64,000 bases of DNA from a virus. Taxonomy: Duplodnaviria; Caudoviricetes. Shown here piece after piece: positions 29,026 to 40,627 of this stretch. The position numbers and the translations under genes were made by a program. The DNA lies in the IMG/VR virus record IMGVR_UViG_3300037418_002651, positions 5,299-69,298 of that record. One strand, 5' to 3'. How positions within the stretch are numbered: position 1 is the first letter of the stretch; every line of letters begins with the position of its first letter. The notes beneath the pieces are model-generated. The model made no database searches. It was not told the origin of the DNA and was given only the letters and a program-made list of their open reading frames with translations.

Positions 29026-29391
29026 GTGGACCCCCCGCATGTAGGACATATGAGGGGGAGGCCCTGACTCGTCATGACGACCCCTCCTCATGGTCTAAAA
29101 CGGTGGCCCTTCAACCTTTCCTGGCGCTAGAGCGCCCGTCGACAGCATGAAGGAGCCCCTCGGTCCGCAAGGTCCAAGGGGCTCCTTCAAATGGTGTCCT
29201 GCCAGAGAGCACCAGGTCTCACGACCACTGTAGGCCCTCCCGGGACCTTTGCAACAGCACCATGGCCTTGACGTGATTAACCCCACAGCGATTTCGTCAC
29301 CCACAGTGAACGGGCATCTGATTACGGGCAGTTCAGAACCTTTTTAAGTAATCAGAACGTATGCGGAACCCCGTACTCGCGGATTCGTTGG

Positions 29392-29601
29392 TCACATGCC
29401 CGAACCGGGCCTGCGCCACCTCTTGCGGGTCAGAGGCTCCACGTATCCATCCTTGTGCACCCGTACGACCCGATCGTCCCTGGCGCGGTTCTTACGGACG
29501 AATCGGCGTGCTTCGTCCTCGGATCCGAACTGCTCGCGGCGTCGCCCCCAGGTGACGACGACCCGGCCGCCGTCCAACTCCTCCAGGGTCCACGTGGTCA
29601 C
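29392..29601 (-). CDS. Hypothetical protein
   Basis: GTG 29601 overlaps the upstream TGA. Confidence 0.5.
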   Translation of the reverse strand: MTTWTLEELDGGRVVVTWGRRREQFGSEDEARRFVRKNRARDDRVVRVHKDGYVEPLTRKRWRRPGSGM

Positions 29602-29825
29602 TTGGGCTTCGCCATGGGGACGTGGGCGTTCCTGTGCCAACCCTCCATGTACTTCACTCCCGCTTCACCATCGGCCCGGCCCCGGCGGAACATCTCGTCG
29701 GTCCAGCCGTGGAATTCGGTCAGGTGTAGCCGAAGCTCGTCAGGCCGCATCCGCTCCTCGTCGTCCCGGTGGGAGTGCGGAGGGCGGGTGCGGCCGTCGG
29801 CGTCCTTTTTAAATTCTTCTGCCAT
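29598..29825 (-). CDS. Small protein with one His-repeat unit
   Basis: MAEEFKK...LRLHLTEFHGW...WHRNAH; RBS GGAGG. Confidence 0.55.
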   Translation of the reverse strand: MAEEFKKDADGRTRPPHSHRDDEERMRPDELRLHLTEFHGWTDEMFRRGRADGEAGVKYMEGWHRNAHVPMAKPK

Positions 29826-29839
29826 AGCGCCTCCATGGG

Positions 29840-30052
29840 CTAGGGGCACGTGTTGCAGTACACCACCCACGCGCCGTCCTTCTTGTCCAGGTAACCCTTC
29901 CCGGCCTTGACCCACGTGTGGCAGTGCGCGCAGCTCTTGCCGAACTTGTTCGTGCGACGGCTCTCAGGAGCCGTCGCGCTCGTCCGCTGCTGCGGGATCC
30001 GGCTGTTCCCGGTCGTCAGGGCTGCCAGCTCCGGGTCCAAGAAATACGCCAT
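29840..30052 (-). CDS. Small Zn-finger protein
   Basis: NKFGKSCAHC...GKGYL...WVVYCNTC; preceded by promoter TTGCCA-N18-TACCAT. Confidence 0.6.
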   Translation of the reverse strand: MAYFLDPELAALTTGNSRIPQQRTSATAPESRRTNKFGKSCAHCHTWVKAGKGYLDKKDGAWVVYCNTCP

Positions 30053-30122
30053 CAGGGCCTCCAGGGGAGTCGGTTGATCTATACCCGATGGTACTCCAAT
30101 GATTGTTGGAGTGGCAAGCCCT

Positions 30123-30554
30123 TCAGAGAAGAGACCTCAGGAGCTGGTTCAGCTCGGCCGCCGGGAGGTCCTTGCCCGACTTGAGCTTCTCCTTCAGCTC
30201 GTTGAGGCTCCGCTCCTCGTCCGTAAGGCCGTAGTCCGGGTTCTTCTCGTGCGACTCCACCACACCTCGGACGGTGCGCATGTCGGCACCGCCGTACACG
30301 TACAGGGTCAGGGGGTTCTTCTCGGAGACCGGCTCGTTGTCGTGCTCCAGGTGCCCAACGACGTGGAACTTGTCCGGGTTACCCAGCCGGGTGTCGATCT
30401 CGTCCATGAGCTGGTGCACGTGGACGTCCTCGGTGACCTTGAGAGTCTTCGCCTCTCCCCCGAAGATGGCGTCTCCGCTCCTCAGCGGCACCAGGTGGCC
30501 GATGGGGGTCTCCAGCTCCTCCGGCGCCTCGTCTTTGTTCGTCTTCACAGCCAT
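30123..30554 (-). CDS. Hypothetical protein
   Basis: 143 aa, coupled to the upstream gene. Confidence 0.55.
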   Translation of the reverse strand: MAVKTNKDEAPEELETPIGHLVPLRSGDAIFGGEAKTLKVTEDVHVHQLMDEIDTRLGNPDKFHVVGHLEHDNEPVSEKNPLTLYVYGGADMRTVRGVVESHEKNPDYGLTDEERSLNELKEKLKSGKDLPAAELNQLLRSLL

Positions 30555-32788
30555 CCGTCGTCCTCCTGGTCATCCAAAAGCGCGTAATGGGTGTCACCGA
30601 TGTCCAGGCGGTCCAGGTTCGAGGCCCTGACGCCGTGAGCACCCTCATTGATGATCGCAGCCTGCTCGGCAGGGCTGTAATCCTTCACGGCCATCTTGGC
30701 CAGCGCGGCCCTGGCGGCGCCCGCGATCTCCGAGGCGTCCCCACGGCCGCTCAGGGGTCCGGAGGGGCTCCCTCCGGGCGCCAGGTGGGCCGCTGTGGCC
30801 TGGAACTGCGCCACGATGTCCTGGGCGCCCAGGGAGGCCGCACGGGGCGGCGTGAGGGCCTCGTCGTCTGAGAGGTCCGGGCCGTCGCCGTCGGTGAACG
30901 GCAGGGCGCCCTCGGGCTCCATGTGGAGGGTGGCCTCGGTCTCCATCTCCGGCATCTCGTGCTCGGGCATGTGGGGGTGTCCCGGAGGCATCCGGCCGCC
31001 CTGGCCACCCTTGGGGCCGGAGGGGCGCTCAGGGCCCAGCTCGGCCGCCGTGACCCCCATCTCCGGCGGAGCGGACTCCAGGTCCGCCTCCTGGGGCGTG
31101 TCCTCGTCCAGGGAGCCCTCGAAGAGGAACTCGTCGTCCGACGGGCCCAGGGACGCCACGCGGTCCCCGATCTCGTTCGGAGTGATCGAGTCCCAGTTGT
31201 CCGGGTCGCCCTGGGTGGCCCAGCCGGACGAGCCGGGGTTCTCCGAAGGGTTGCGCGGCTTGGTCGGGCCCGGGGTGTACATCGGCTTGTCCGGCACCGG
31301 CTCGCCCCAGGGGGAGTTGATGGCCGCCACGACCGGCATCCCCATCGTCCGGAGCAGGAAGGCCAGTTCCTCCGGATCGTCGCCCTGCGCTCGCGCGAGG
31401 GTGACCAGGAGGTCCAGCGGAGTGTCGATCTTCGAGGACGACCGCACCATCTGGTTGGTGCCGGAGTCGATGTCGTATCGGATGACGACCCTCTTCGGCA
31501 CCCACTCGGGCTTGACCGCGTCTTCCTTGACGTCCCGGCCGAACATCCCCCGGCTCTGGGCCTCGTACTGGAGCGCGAGGGCGTGCGAGCACATCCGGCC
31601 CGCGAACCGGCTGAAGTCGTCCGAGGCTCCCCAGTGGTAGGCGCCCCACTTGCAACCGCAGGTGTAGGTGGCCACCGAGTGCCGGGTACCGGGCAGGCGC
31701 TGGACGCCGGTCTCGTAGACGTTGTGGTCGCCCTTGACCTCACCGAAGACCACGCCGTCGGACGCGAGGGTGATCCGCACACCTCCTTCGGACCGGATCC
31801 TCTTCGCCTTGCGCTGGACGTCGGCCCAGGCAGAAACGAAGTGGAATTTAAATTCGCGGTCCTGGGATGCCAGGGTGAGCAGGCTGTACGGGTCGAACGC
31901 GCCGTGCGTCACGATCTCCTCCTCGGGGGCTTCGTCGGCGATGTCCTCGAAGCCGCCGTCCATCTGGTGGGCCGTCTTGCGCCGGATCGCCCTGTGCTGG
32001 ATCGGCGCGCTGAAGGTGTGGTGGAGCCACCCCTCCTCGTCCGCCTCCGGGTGAGGCGCGTCCGGCTTCCAGGAGATGCCCCGGACGGTCACCGGCTTGC
32101 CCCGGCGCATGGGGACTTCAGCGTCGCCGTACTCGTAGTCGTGTGACCAGACCCCGTTGTTCTTCAGCACGCTCGGACGGGTCTCGATGTGCTTCGGGTC
32201 CGGCTTGTCGGCGTGCAGGATGACCGGGATCTCCGTGCGCGGATCTCTGATGTTCCGATGCGCGAAGTTCCGGCTGATCTTCTCGTCCGCAGACCAGTGC
32301 ATGCCGAGAGGAGCACTCGTCAGGTGGTGTCGCAGAGCCTCCGCCTGCTCAGCGGCCGTTCCGTTCCCGCTGCTGACGAAGCCGCTGGACGAATCCAGCT
32401 TGATACTCATGCCCCGATGGATCTGCTCCGGCAGGTTCGGGTGGTGCGTCTCCCAGTCCGTGGCCTTGCCGTAGTCCGGGTGGTCGTAGAACTTCTTCTC
32501 TTTGCTGATCGGCATGTCGTTGGCGTGCTGAACGCGGCTCCCGGGGTGCCGGGACTCCATCTCGTTCATCAACGCCGACGCGGCGCCCGGGTGGAGCCCC
32601 TCCAGCTCGTCCACGGTCACCGGGCCGCCCCGGCGCTTCGGCGGGAAGTACCGCAGGGTCCCCGCGACCTCGCCGGTCTCGGGGTGGTGGGCGGTGAGAT
32701 CGACCCGCCGGGGGTACTTCATGCCGCCCGTCGGCTTCTCGGTGTGCTGGAAGTCGAAGTTCACGACCGAGACCTTCCGGTACGTCAC
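30545..32788 (-). CDS. Polyvalent-type protein: ART-like domain plus SWIM Zn finger
   Basis: IHRG...GMHWSAD...AEVP (R-S-E-like ART motifs); YTCGC...[12 protein letters not shown] motif. Confidence 0.55.
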   Translation of the reverse strand: MTYRKVSVVNFDFQHTEKPTGGMKYPRRVDLTAHHPETGEVAGTLRYFPPKRRGGPVTVDELEGLHPGAASALMNEMESRHPGSRVQHANDMPISKEKKFYDHPDYGKATDWETHHPNLPEQIHRGMSIKLDSSSGFVSSGNGTAAEQAEALRHHLTSAPLGMHWSADEKISRNFAHRNIRDPRTEIPVILHADKPDPKHIETRPSVLKNNGVWSHDYEYGDAEVPMRRGKPVTVRGISWKPDAPHPEADEEGWLHHTFSAPIQHRAIRRKTAHQMDGGFEDIADEAPEEEIVTHGAFDPYSLLTLASQDREFKFHFVSAWADVQRKAKRIRSEGGVRITLASDGVVFGEVKGDHNVYETGVQRLPGTRHSVATYTCGCKWGAYHWGASDDFSRFAGRMCSHALALQYEAQSRGMFGRDVKEDAVKPEWVPKRVVIRYDIDSGTNQMVRSSSKIDTPLDLLVTLARAQGDDPEELAFLLRTMGMPVVAAINSPWGEPVPDKPMYTPGPTKPRNPSENPGSSGWATQGDPDNWDSITPNEIGDRVASLGPSDDEFLFEGSLDEDTPQEADLESAPPEMGVTAAELGPERPSGPKGGQGGRMPPGHPHMPEHEMPEMETEATLHMEPEGALPFTDGDGPDLSDDEALTPPRAASLGAQDIVAQFQATAAHLAPGGSPSGPLSGRGDASEIAGAARAALAKMAVKDYSPAEQAAIINEGAHGVRASNLDRLDIGDTHYALLDDQEDDGWL

Positions 32789-34701
32789 CAGATACCTCCG
32801 ATCGAGTCTTCGAGGCCCAGGCCATCGCTCTGGCGACTGGCGAAGAGCTTCTGCTGCTCGGGGTGCACCGGGGCCGCCGGAGCCTGGTACGGCTCCTTGC
32901 GGTTCAGGTTCCGTACCTCGGGCGACTGGAAGCGCGGGTTCTGGCGCTGGCCGCTGGTGGGCGTACTGACCGTCACGCCCTTGCCGGGGAACTCGTGGTG
33001 GTGCTCGGGAGAGCTGCCGTCGCCCCAGGAAATGCCCTTCAGGCGGAACTGGGTGGGGGCGTTGTCAAAGGTGGTCCGGTCCCCCATCCGGGTGTAGTGC
33101 TGCTCGCCCATCATCTCGCCGGACTCGCGGTCGTTCATCGGGTGCGCGTGCAGCGTGACCACTGTGTGGGCACCCCGGCCGTGGCCCTGCTGGTTCGCCG
33201 GGTGCATGGCCCGCTCTTCGTCGTGGGACCGGCCAGCGGTGTTGACCCAGTCGTCCTCCGGCATGTTGCCCCGCCCGATCATGTTCATCAGGTGATGGGC
33301 CCGCTTATCGGCCGGGATCGAGTGGTCGTGCAGGAAGGTGTGCTGCTCGCGCGAGAGGGGGAGCGTCACCGAGTTGTGGAGGCCGACCTGGGTCGGGTTG
33401 TGCTTCGGGTCATCCTCCTCTGCCTCCTTGTTCTCGGGGTTCTCGTCGCAGTCGTTCTCGTGGTCCTCGATGTCGTCGTGCTTGACATAGCTGCCGCAGT
33501 GCTCGCACTCGTGCTCGCCGTCACGGTCGCAGTCCTCGCACTGCACGGGGCAGTCCTCGTGGTAGTCGCCCTCGTGCTGGTGCCGGTAGTACTGGTCGCA
33601 GTCCGGACACCGATGGTCGCCGTCGGAGTCGCACTGGTCGCAGTGGGAGGAGGGATTCGCCTCCCGGCCTCCCCAGTCGGTGTGGTCCCACTGCCGGTGG
33701 GCGTTGCCATCGTGGCCCAGCTTGGCGTTCGTGTCGGCCAGGGAGTTCATGTCGTCCACCACGTCGTCCACGTCGAAGTGGCTCGTCCAGTGGTTCTTCA
33801 GCCGGGGGTGGTTCTGGTCCGGCGCGACGTTGTGGACGTTCCGGGAGGGGTCCGGCTCGTCGTACCTGTTCCACCACGTGGAGCCGTTGTCGGTCCGGTA
33901 GCCGTGGTTGATCCAGGCGTTCCCGTAGTGGTGGTACAGGGAGTCCATCATGGCCGACGCCACGCCACTACCCCGGGCGTGCTCCTCGGTGTGGAGCATG
34001 TGGACCTTGACGGCTTCGGCGTCCTCGGGGTTCTTGTTGGGGTCGGGGTGGTTGTACTCTCCCGGAGTCCCGTAGGCGGAGTGGCTTATCCGACCCGCGT
34101 AGTGCCCGTTGATGTAGCCCCGCAGCTCGTGCTGGCTGCTGCCCTCGTAGGTGGGCTCGATCTCGTAGTGGTAGTCGCCCCTGACCGGCTTGCCGGACTT
34201 GGCGGGCATCGCCCACTTCGTCAGCGAGGCCGTGTGGTGGCCGTCCTCGCCGAACTCGCACGGGCCCTCGTGCGGGTAGGCACAGTCGGGGTCGTAGTGG
34301 TCGTCGTCCTCGTCGTCCGGCTCGTCCTGGGGCTCGGTGGACGCCTGGACCTGGAGGGAACCCATCCGGACCGGGAGGGCGATGTCCGGCCGCTCCTGGA
34401 GGATCTGGGCCAGCTCCGGGTAGTCGTCCGATGCGAGATGGACCCCGGCGGCCTGATGGGTCGTGGTGGCGTACGGGGAGAGCTGCGAGGCCGCGTAGTT
34501 CCCCTGGCCCGCGCCGTTGTCCAGGATGACGAAGTACTCCTCGCCCATCACCGGCGAGTAGATGACCTCCTCGACCCGACCGGGGATGCCGTCGACCGTC
34601 ATCACGTGCTGACCCACGCTGTATTCGGTCGGATACGGCGCCGCCGCGTGGATCTCCGAGAGCCGTGTCTCGTGCGCGGCCTCACGGCGTCCAAGCCCCA
34701 T
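32785..34701 (-). CDS. Polyvalent-type protein: GNAT acetyltransferase plus CxxC repeats
   Basis: ATG 34701 with RBS GAGGAGG; [24 protein letters not shown] motif A; four CxxC units. Confidence 0.6.
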   Translation of the reverse strand: MGLGRREAAHETRLSEIHAAAPYPTEYSVGQHVMTVDGIPGRVEEVIYSPVMGEEYFVILDNGAGQGNYAASQLSPYATTTHQAAGVHLASDDYPELAQILQERPDIALPVRMGSLQVQASTEPQDEPDDEDDDHYDPDCAYPHEGPCEFGEDGHHTASLTKWAMPAKSGKPVRGDYHYEIEPTYEGSSQHELRGYINGHYAGRISHSAYGTPGEYNHPDPNKNPEDAEAVKVHMLHTEEHARGSGVASAMMDSLYHHYGNAWINHGYRTDNGSTWWNRYDEPDPSRNVHNVAPDQNHPRLKNHWTSHFDVDDVVDDMNSLADTNAKLGHDGNAHRQWDHTDWGGREANPSSHCDQCDSDGDHRCPDCDQYYRHQHEGDYHEDCPVQCEDCDRDGEHECEHCGSYVKHDDIEDHENDCDENPENKEAEEDDPKHNPTQVGLHNSVTLPLSREQHTFLHDHSIPADKRAHHLMNMIGRGNMPEDDWVNTAGRSHDEERAMHPANQQGHGRGAHTVVTLHAHPMNDRESGEMMGEQHYTRMGDRTTFDNAPTQFRLKGISWGDGSSPEHHHEFPGKGVTVSTPTSGQRQNPRFQSPEVRNLNRKEPYQAPAAPVHPEQQKLFASRQSDGLGLEDSIGGIW

Positions 34702-34892
34702 GTGTCCCTCCTCGGTCTTCACCCATTCCTGGCGCTGGACCGAGGGGGGACAGCAGGGGCTCAGATCGCGTGCACCAGAAGCAGGATCAGCAAGATGAGC
34801 ACTACCAGACCGAGCAGACCGCCCCATCCGTACGGATACATGGGGACCTCCCCTTCACGAAGCGGATGTGATTCGTATAAGGGCGAGTACCC

Positions 34893-37800
34893 CTAGAACT
34901 TCTCGACCATGAACCACTCGACGGTGCTCGCGTCCGTGCCGCTGGAGCTGGTGATGGTGAACGAGGTCCCGGCGCTGACGGTGTAGGTCAGGAATCCCGG
35001 CGTTCCGCTGGTCGACTTACGGCTCAGGAAGATCCGCGTGTTCGCGGTCACGGACGTGTTGCTGACGGTCACGGTGCCGGAGGCCAACGTGGACTGCCCC
35101 ATCCGGGCGTTGGTGCCCTCCTTGATCCGCAGGCCCTTACCGGCCAGCCCGATGACGATGTCCGAGTCCGGCGTGCCGACCTGCGCAGTGCCCTGCCGCC
35201 CCCAGGTCGTATCACGGGCGCTGGAACCGATGCCGTACTGCGCGGTGCCGTCACCCAGCAGGCGGAAGTTGTCGTTGACCGCCGTACCACCGACGTTGAA
35301 AGCCAGCGTGTTGTTGCCGGAGGCGTTCGGCCTCAGGGAGAGCCGCTGCCCGGCGGCAAAGATCATGTCCAGGTTTCCGCGCATCTCCATGTTCGTGCCG
35401 TCGACACGAGAGGTGAACTGCGGAGCGATGCCCGGGAACCAGTTGGCGGAGCTGCTGCCCGAGCCCATGAAGTTTGCGTTGATGACCCGGACCACGGCGC
35501 TGGAGATGTTGATGATGCCCTGAACGCCCGCCGTGCCGGTGGCCACGATGTCCGACCCGAAACGGCAGTCGGTGATGAAGCCCTCAGCGGACCCGGTCCA
35601 GTTCACGTCGTAGTTGGTGCCGGTCGCCCCGTCGCCGCCCTGCGAGATGAGGCATTCGTCAAGGTAGATGCCGTAACCACTGCTGGTGATGCTGACGTTG
35701 TGGGTCTGGTTGTGCAGAATCCTGACATTACGGACCCGGATCTGGTTGGATCCGCCGGAGACCAGCAGGCCGATGAGCCCCTGCTGGATGACACCGCCGC
35801 TGATCTGCACATTCTGCGGAGACTTGCCACTGGCGTTGTCTTCGATGACGGCGTTGGCGACACCGGTCTGGGGGCCAAGGGCGTCCAGGTTGTGGATGAA
35901 GATCGCCGCGCAATCTCCGGTGACCCGGAAGGCCGCTCCCGTGCCGCCCGTGGTGGCGTTCATCCACGTCAGGATGTTCTCACCGAGGATGTCCCAACTG
36001 TCCTCGATCCGGAGTCCGTCCAGGTTGGCGTTGGTGCCGCTGGAGACGCCCAGGAAGCGCGTGAAGATGTTGCTGAGCTGGACGTTCGCGGCCGTCGCCG
36101 TGGAGTCGCTCTTGATGTGAATGCCACCGGCGCACGACTGGATCTTGATCATGCTGACCTGAGTGCCGTGCAGCGTGGTGGACGCGGTGCCGAAGAGCCG
36201 CAGGGCATAGCCGTTGATCCACTGGAATGTGGTGTCGAAGATCCGCGTCTCCTGGACCCCCGTGGCCGTCACGCCGTGGCAGGCGGGATTGCTGGTGGTC
36301 GTGGTGGATACACCACGGAGCTGGAGGCCCTGGATCATGCAGTCGTCGCTGCTGATCGTGATCGCGGACGATCCGGTGAACGAGGCCCCGATGCGGATTG
36401 TCGTCGCCCCATGACCGGCACCCTGGAGGGTGACCGGAGCGGCGAGGTTGATCGGGTTGGCCCCGTTCAGGAGGTAGTTGCCCGGCGGCAGGTAGACGAC
36501 TCCGCCCTGCGAGCCGAGTGCCGTGATCGCGGCCTGGATCGCAGCCGTGTCGTCGGCCACCCCGTCGCCGACCGCGCCGTAGTCCTTGACGTTGGTGAAG
36601 ATATTCCTGACGAAGACCACCGTGCCGTCGGGCTGGCGCACCTTCAGCACGCCGCCCTCGGGGTAGACGACGACGCCGCCGGTCGGGTTGGTCGTGGGGA
36701 CAGTGGCCGCGTTCTTCATGCCCAGCACGCCCACGCCGCCACCGAAGTCGGTGGCAGATGAACCGAGCTGGAAGCCAGTGATGGCCTGAAGCGCGTTGTC
36801 GGTGCCGAGGACGCCGACGCTCCGACGCTTCCAGTTGACGTCTCGGGCGGCAGATCCGCCCGGACCCCACGTCATGGAGCCGTCGACCAGCATGCCGAAC
36901 CGGCCGACGGCGTCGGTGGTGGTCTGCGCCTGGAAGGCGGTGTTGCTGGAGTCGGCACCGCGAGCCTGGAAAAGCGCCTGGGTGTTGGTGCCGGAGCCCG
37001 TCTTGGTCGTGGCCCTGACGCCGACGGTGCTGCCGGAGACGATGAAATCGTTACGCGCCAAGCCGCCGATGGCGGTGACGTCCCCGTTGTACACCGTGGC
37101 CGTCACGACGTTCGGGGCGATGACCGTGGCTCGCGAGCCGGTGTCCACCTGGATGGATGCGACGGCCGATCCAGTCGGGGAGTTCTCATCGAAGTTGGTG
37201 ACGGTGTTGTTCACCGAGTTGCCGGTGATCAGCACAGCCTGAATCAAGTTGTCGAAGTTGACGCAGCTCAGTAGGGCGTTCGAGAACCCTCCCGTGATCT
37301 TGTAGGCGATACCCGGGTAGGACGTCGACCGGTTGACGGGTACCTCGCAGCCACATCCGGAAAGGGTCACGCCCTGGGAGGTGTCCAGCAGGTAGCCGAT
37401 GCCGTTGCTGTCCGCCCCGCACCCGGACAGCGAGCAGTAGGCCATGGAGAGGATGTTGTATCCGGCCTGCTGGTTGGACAGCGCGTACGACGCGACCACG
37501 CTCATTGAGGTGCCGTCGTTGATGTCGAACCCGTGACCGCCGTGGCCCTGGCTGACGACCTCCTGGATCAGAGAGACGATGCTGCGCTGGATGCTGATGC
37601 CGTGCCCGCCGAACGTCTGGACGTTCACGTTGCGGAGGGTGATGTAGTTGTTCGGGGCGGCGGACGTTTCAAAGAAGATGCCGATTCCGGTGCCCGAATT
37701 AGGACCGACGATACGCAGATTCTCGATCGTCACATATGAGACATCCACGGCGTGGAAGGCGTGGGCTGTGGTCGAGTTCTGGATGATCCGGGTAGCCCTT

Positions 37801-40619
37801 ACACCGTCGCCCATGACCCGGACATAGCTGGGCAACTCGATGGCGCCGCCGTTGATGGCGTAGGTACCCGCCGGGAAATAGAGAGTCCCGCCCGTCGAAG
37901 GGATCGCCGCGATAGAGGCCTGGATCGCGCTCAGGTCGTTGGCGACACCGTCACCCTTGGCCCCGTAGTCCTTGACGTTAAGGGCGAGATTGGCCTTCAG
38001 CGGATACCGGCTGTCGGCCGGGTCTCCCGCCGTTCCGCCGCCCTTGTTGAGCCGGACGACCGTGTTCGGCGCGTTCAGGTCCAGGGCCCCGACGGACATC
38101 GTGCCCTTGGTGATCAGGGTGTTGCCGAAGATGAAGTTGTTGCCGGAGCCGCCGATGTTCTCTTCGCGGATCAGCGAGCGCGTCTGCCCGTTGGTCGCGG
38201 ACGAGGCCAGCGTGTTGCCGTGGATCGAGTTGTTCTGGGCCGCGTACTCCAGGTGGATGCCGGAGGCGTTCCCGGCCACCCCGGCGATTCCGATCTCGAA
38301 GAAGGTGCAGTCGCTGACGACGCAGTTCGTGGTGGCCAGGAAGACGCAGTCGCCCGCCATGCCGTCGAAGTTGCAGGCGACGATCTTCGTGTTGGCCGCC
38401 GCGTCCTGGCAGCGGATGCCGTACGCGTTGTTGCCGCCGTTGACGAAGTTGCAGGAGACGATCTGCTGAGTGCCCGCCAGGTCCAGGATCGCGGCGGCCG
38501 TACCGGCTCCGGCACCTCCCAGGTACTCGAAGTCGCAGTGCTGGATCTGGTTCTCGTCGTTCGAGGTCAGGTAGATGCCCTGGCCCAGTCCGGAGGAGTT
38601 GATGGACTGGTCGAACAGGCAGCGGGTGATCGAGTTGTTGTGGCCGAAGGCGTTCACCACCGGCTGGGGACCGAGGTAGAGGCCCGCCTGCCAGCAGGAG
38701 GTGAAGTGGATGTACTCGAAGACGCACCACACGGCGCCCACGGCGTAGATGCCGCCGCCCCCGGTGGTCTGGTTCAGGCAGTTGCCGTCGATGGTGAAGT
38801 TGGCGAAGCGGTGTCGGGTGTCGTTGGGCCCGGCGAAGGTCATCGCCCAGATGTTCGTCCCGTTCGCGACCTTCAGGACGGTCCCTGAACCTGAGCCGAT
38901 GAGACTCAACCCTGAGCCGTTGGGGATCGAGATGGTGGCGCCCAGGTTGAAGGTGCCATCCATCAGCCGGACGACACCCTTGCCCGGGGCGGCGTTCACC
39001 AGGTTGATCGCCTGCTGGATGACCGCCTGGTCGTTGGTGCCGGTGCAGACGAAGTCCGCACCCTTCTTCGTCCGGGAGTTGGACGCGGCGACCACGACCT
39101 CGTAGCCGGTCGCGAGCGAACGGGTAGGCGACGCGGTGGTGCCAGTGGCATAGGCGACGTTCGACCCGAGCTGGAGGAGGGCGTTCCCTCCCCCGTCGTT
39201 GATCCCGGCCGTGTTGGCGTGCAGGTAGGCATTGTCGATCTGAACCGAGGTGTTGCCCGTGAACGAGCCGCCGTACATCGGGCTGTTGGTGCCCGAGCCG
39301 TTGTCGTCGGTGCCGGGGTAGTTCGTCCAGTCGCCGATGACCAGGGGAGTCGTGGCGTTCGTGGCCGCCAGGCCCGCATACCCGCCGTTGCCCGTACCGC
39401 CGTTGCGGCCATCGCGCCGGGTCATCAGGTTGGAGATCACGATCGGGCCGTTACCGGTCGCGTCCACGAAGACGCCGTTGTAGCCGTTGCGGTCCGTGGC
39501 GCACCCGGTCATCTGCATGCCGCCGGAGCCTTGGCCGGTGCCCCAGCTTCCGGTGATGTAGTAGCCGTGGTTGCCGTTCCACTCCGCCCGGCAGGTGGAG
39601 AGCTGGGAGTTCGCCGCGTTGTTGAGGACGAAGCCGTTGGACCAGTTGCCGATGGCCTGACAGTCGATCATGGTCAGGTCGGTCATGAGCTGGAACGAGG
39701 CGCCGTGGCCGTGGTTGTTGTCCAGCATCACCTTGAACAGGCGCCACGAGTACGGGTAGGCACCGGCGTTCACCCCGGTGTAGATGCCGTTGCCGGTCAT
39801 CTCCCGGATGGTGACGTAGTTCAGCTCGACGTTCTGGACGTTGCCCTTGGCCTGGATGCCGTCGACCCCGGCCGGAGCGTTGGCGCCATAGATCATCAGG
39901 TTCTCCACCCGCTGCTCGGCGCTGATGGCCGAGTAGCCGCCGGTGGCCTGGTCAAGGAACTGGATCACGGCGGGGCCGGTGAAGGTGGGCAGCGGCTTGA
40001 TCCGGACCGCCGGGTCGTACAGACCAGCCTTCATCAGGTTCCGGCGCGGCCCCCGGAGGGTCTTGCCGGGCGGGACGACGATCGGGGAGCCCACGGCAAC
40101 GTCGCCCTGGGGCAGGTAGACGGTCGCTCCGGCCGGGACGCTGGACAGGAGGGCGTTGATGGCCGGGGCGTCGTCAGTGGTCCCGTCGATGACCGCGCCG
40201 TGGTTCTTGGCGTTGTAGTACAGCGAGTCCTGGAAGGCGTACCGGCTGTCGGCCGTCGCCTGGGATATCGCCCCGAGGTCGGAGGCCGCCAGGGTGACGG
40301 AGGGCCCGGTGTAGCCGTTGACGGTCTGCACGGCGGACGTGGGCAACTTGCTGATCGGGAGGCGGCCGGTGGCGTCCAGCGGCGCCACGCCGTTGGGGTT
40401 ACCCACGGCATTGGCCGCCACGGATCCGACATCGGACGCGGTGAGCAGGACGGTGCCGGTTTTGCCGTTGACCGAGTTGACGGTGCCCGCCCCGACGTCC
40501 GGCAGGAACGTCGCCGGGATCTTCGAGTCGGACCCGAGAGGGGCGACACCGCTCGCCGCCCCGACGGCCGTGGCCGCGACGAAGCTGGCGGAGTCGTTGG
40601 TGGTGAGGTGCTTCGGCAT
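34893..40619 (-). CDS. Giant tail spike/fibre with four beta-helix modules
   Basis: ATG 40619 (MPKHLTT); modules start YNAKNHGAVIDG, GADFVCTGTNDQAVIQ, LNVKDYGAKGDG and TNVKDYGAVGDG. Confidence 0.75.
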   Translation of the reverse strand: MPKHLTTNDSASFVAATAVGAASGVAPLGSDSKIPATFLPDVGAGTVNSVNGKTGTVLLTASDVGSVAANAVGNPNGVAPLDATGRLPISKLPTSAVQTVNGYTGPSVTLAASDLGAISQATADSRYAFQDSLYYNAKNHGAVIDGTTDDAPAINALLSSVPAGATVYLPQGDVAVGSPIVVPPGKTLRGPRRNLMKAGLYDPAVRIKPLPTFTGPAVIQFLDQATGGYSAISAEQRVENLMIYGANAPAGVDGIQAKGNVQNVELNYVTIREMTGNGIYTGVNAGAYPYSWRLFKVMLDNNHGHGASFQLMTDLTMIDCQAIGNWSNGFVLNNAANSQLSTCRAEWNGNHGYYITGSWGTGQGSGGMQMTGCATDRNGYNGVFVDATGNGPIVISNLMTRRDGRNGGTGNGGYAGLAATNATTPLVIGDWTNYPGTDDNGSGTNSPMYGGSFTGNTSVQIDNAYLHANTAGINDGGGNALLQLGSNVAYATGTTASPTRSLATGYEVVVAASNSRTKKGADFVCTGTNDQAVIQQAINLVNAAPGKGVVRLMDGTFNLGATISIPNGSGLSLIGSGSGTVLKVANGTNIWAMTFAGPNDTRHRFANFTIDGNCLNQTTGGGGIYAVGAVWCVFEYIHFTSCWQAGLYLGPQPVVNAFGHNNSITRCLFDQSINSSGLGQGIYLTSNDENQIQHCDFEYLGGAGAGTAAAILDLAGTQQIVSCNFVNGGNNAYGIRCQDAAANTKIVACNFDGMAGDCVFLATTNCVVSDCTFFEIGIAGVAGNASGIHLEYAAQNNSIHGNTLASSATNGQTRSLIREENIGGSGNNFIFGNTLITKGTMSVGALDLNAPNTVVRLNKGGGTAGDPADSRYPLKANLALNVKDYGAKGDGVANDLSAIQASIAAIPSTGGTLYFPAGTYAINGGAIELPSYVRVMGDGVRATRIIQNSTTAHAFHAVDVSYVTIENLRIVGPNSGTGIGIFFETSAAPNNYITLRNVNVQTFGGHGISIQRSIVSLIQEVVSQGHGGHGFDINDGTSMSVVASYALSNQQAGYNILSMAYCSLSGCGADSNGIGYLLDTSQGVTLSGCGCEVPVNRSTSYPGIAYKITGGFSNALLSCVNFDNLIQAVLITGNSVNNTVTNFDENSPTGSAVASIQVDTGSRATVIAPNVVTATVYNGDVTAIGGLARNDFIVSGSTVGVRATTKTGSGTNTQALFQARGADSSNTAFQAQTTTDAVGRFGMLVDGSMTWGPGGSAARDVNWKRRSVGVLGTDNALQAITGFQLGSSATDFGGGVGVLGMKNAATVPTTNPTGGVVVYPEGGVLKVRQPDGTVVFVRNIFTNVKDYGAVGDGVADDTAAIQAAITALGSQGGVVYLPPGNYLLNGANPINLAAPVTLQGAGHGATTIRIGASFTGSSAITISSDDCMIQGLQLRGVSTTTTSNPACHGVTATGVQETRIFDTTFQWINGYALRLFGTASTTLHGTQVSMIKIQSCAGGIHIKSDSTATAANVQLSNIFTRFLGVSSGTNANLDGLRIEDSWDILGENILTWMNATTGGTGAAFRVTGDCAAIFIHNLDALGPQTGVANAVIEDNASGKSPQNVQISGGVIQQGLIGLLVSGGSNQIRVRNVRILHNQTHNVSITSSGYGIYLDECLISQGGDGATGTNYDVNWTGSAEGFITDCRFGSDIVATGTAGVQGIINISSAVVRVINANFMGSGSSSANWFPGIAPQFTSRVDGTNMEMRGNLDMIFAAGQRLSLRPNASGNNTLAFNVGGTAVNDNFRLLGDGTAQYGIGSSARDTTWGRQGTAQVGTPDSDIVIGLAGKGLRIKEGTNARMGQSTLASGTVTVSNTSVTANTRIFLSRKSTSGTPGFLTYTVSAGTSFTITSSSGTDASTVEWFMVEKF

Positions 40620-40627
40620 CGTCTCCC

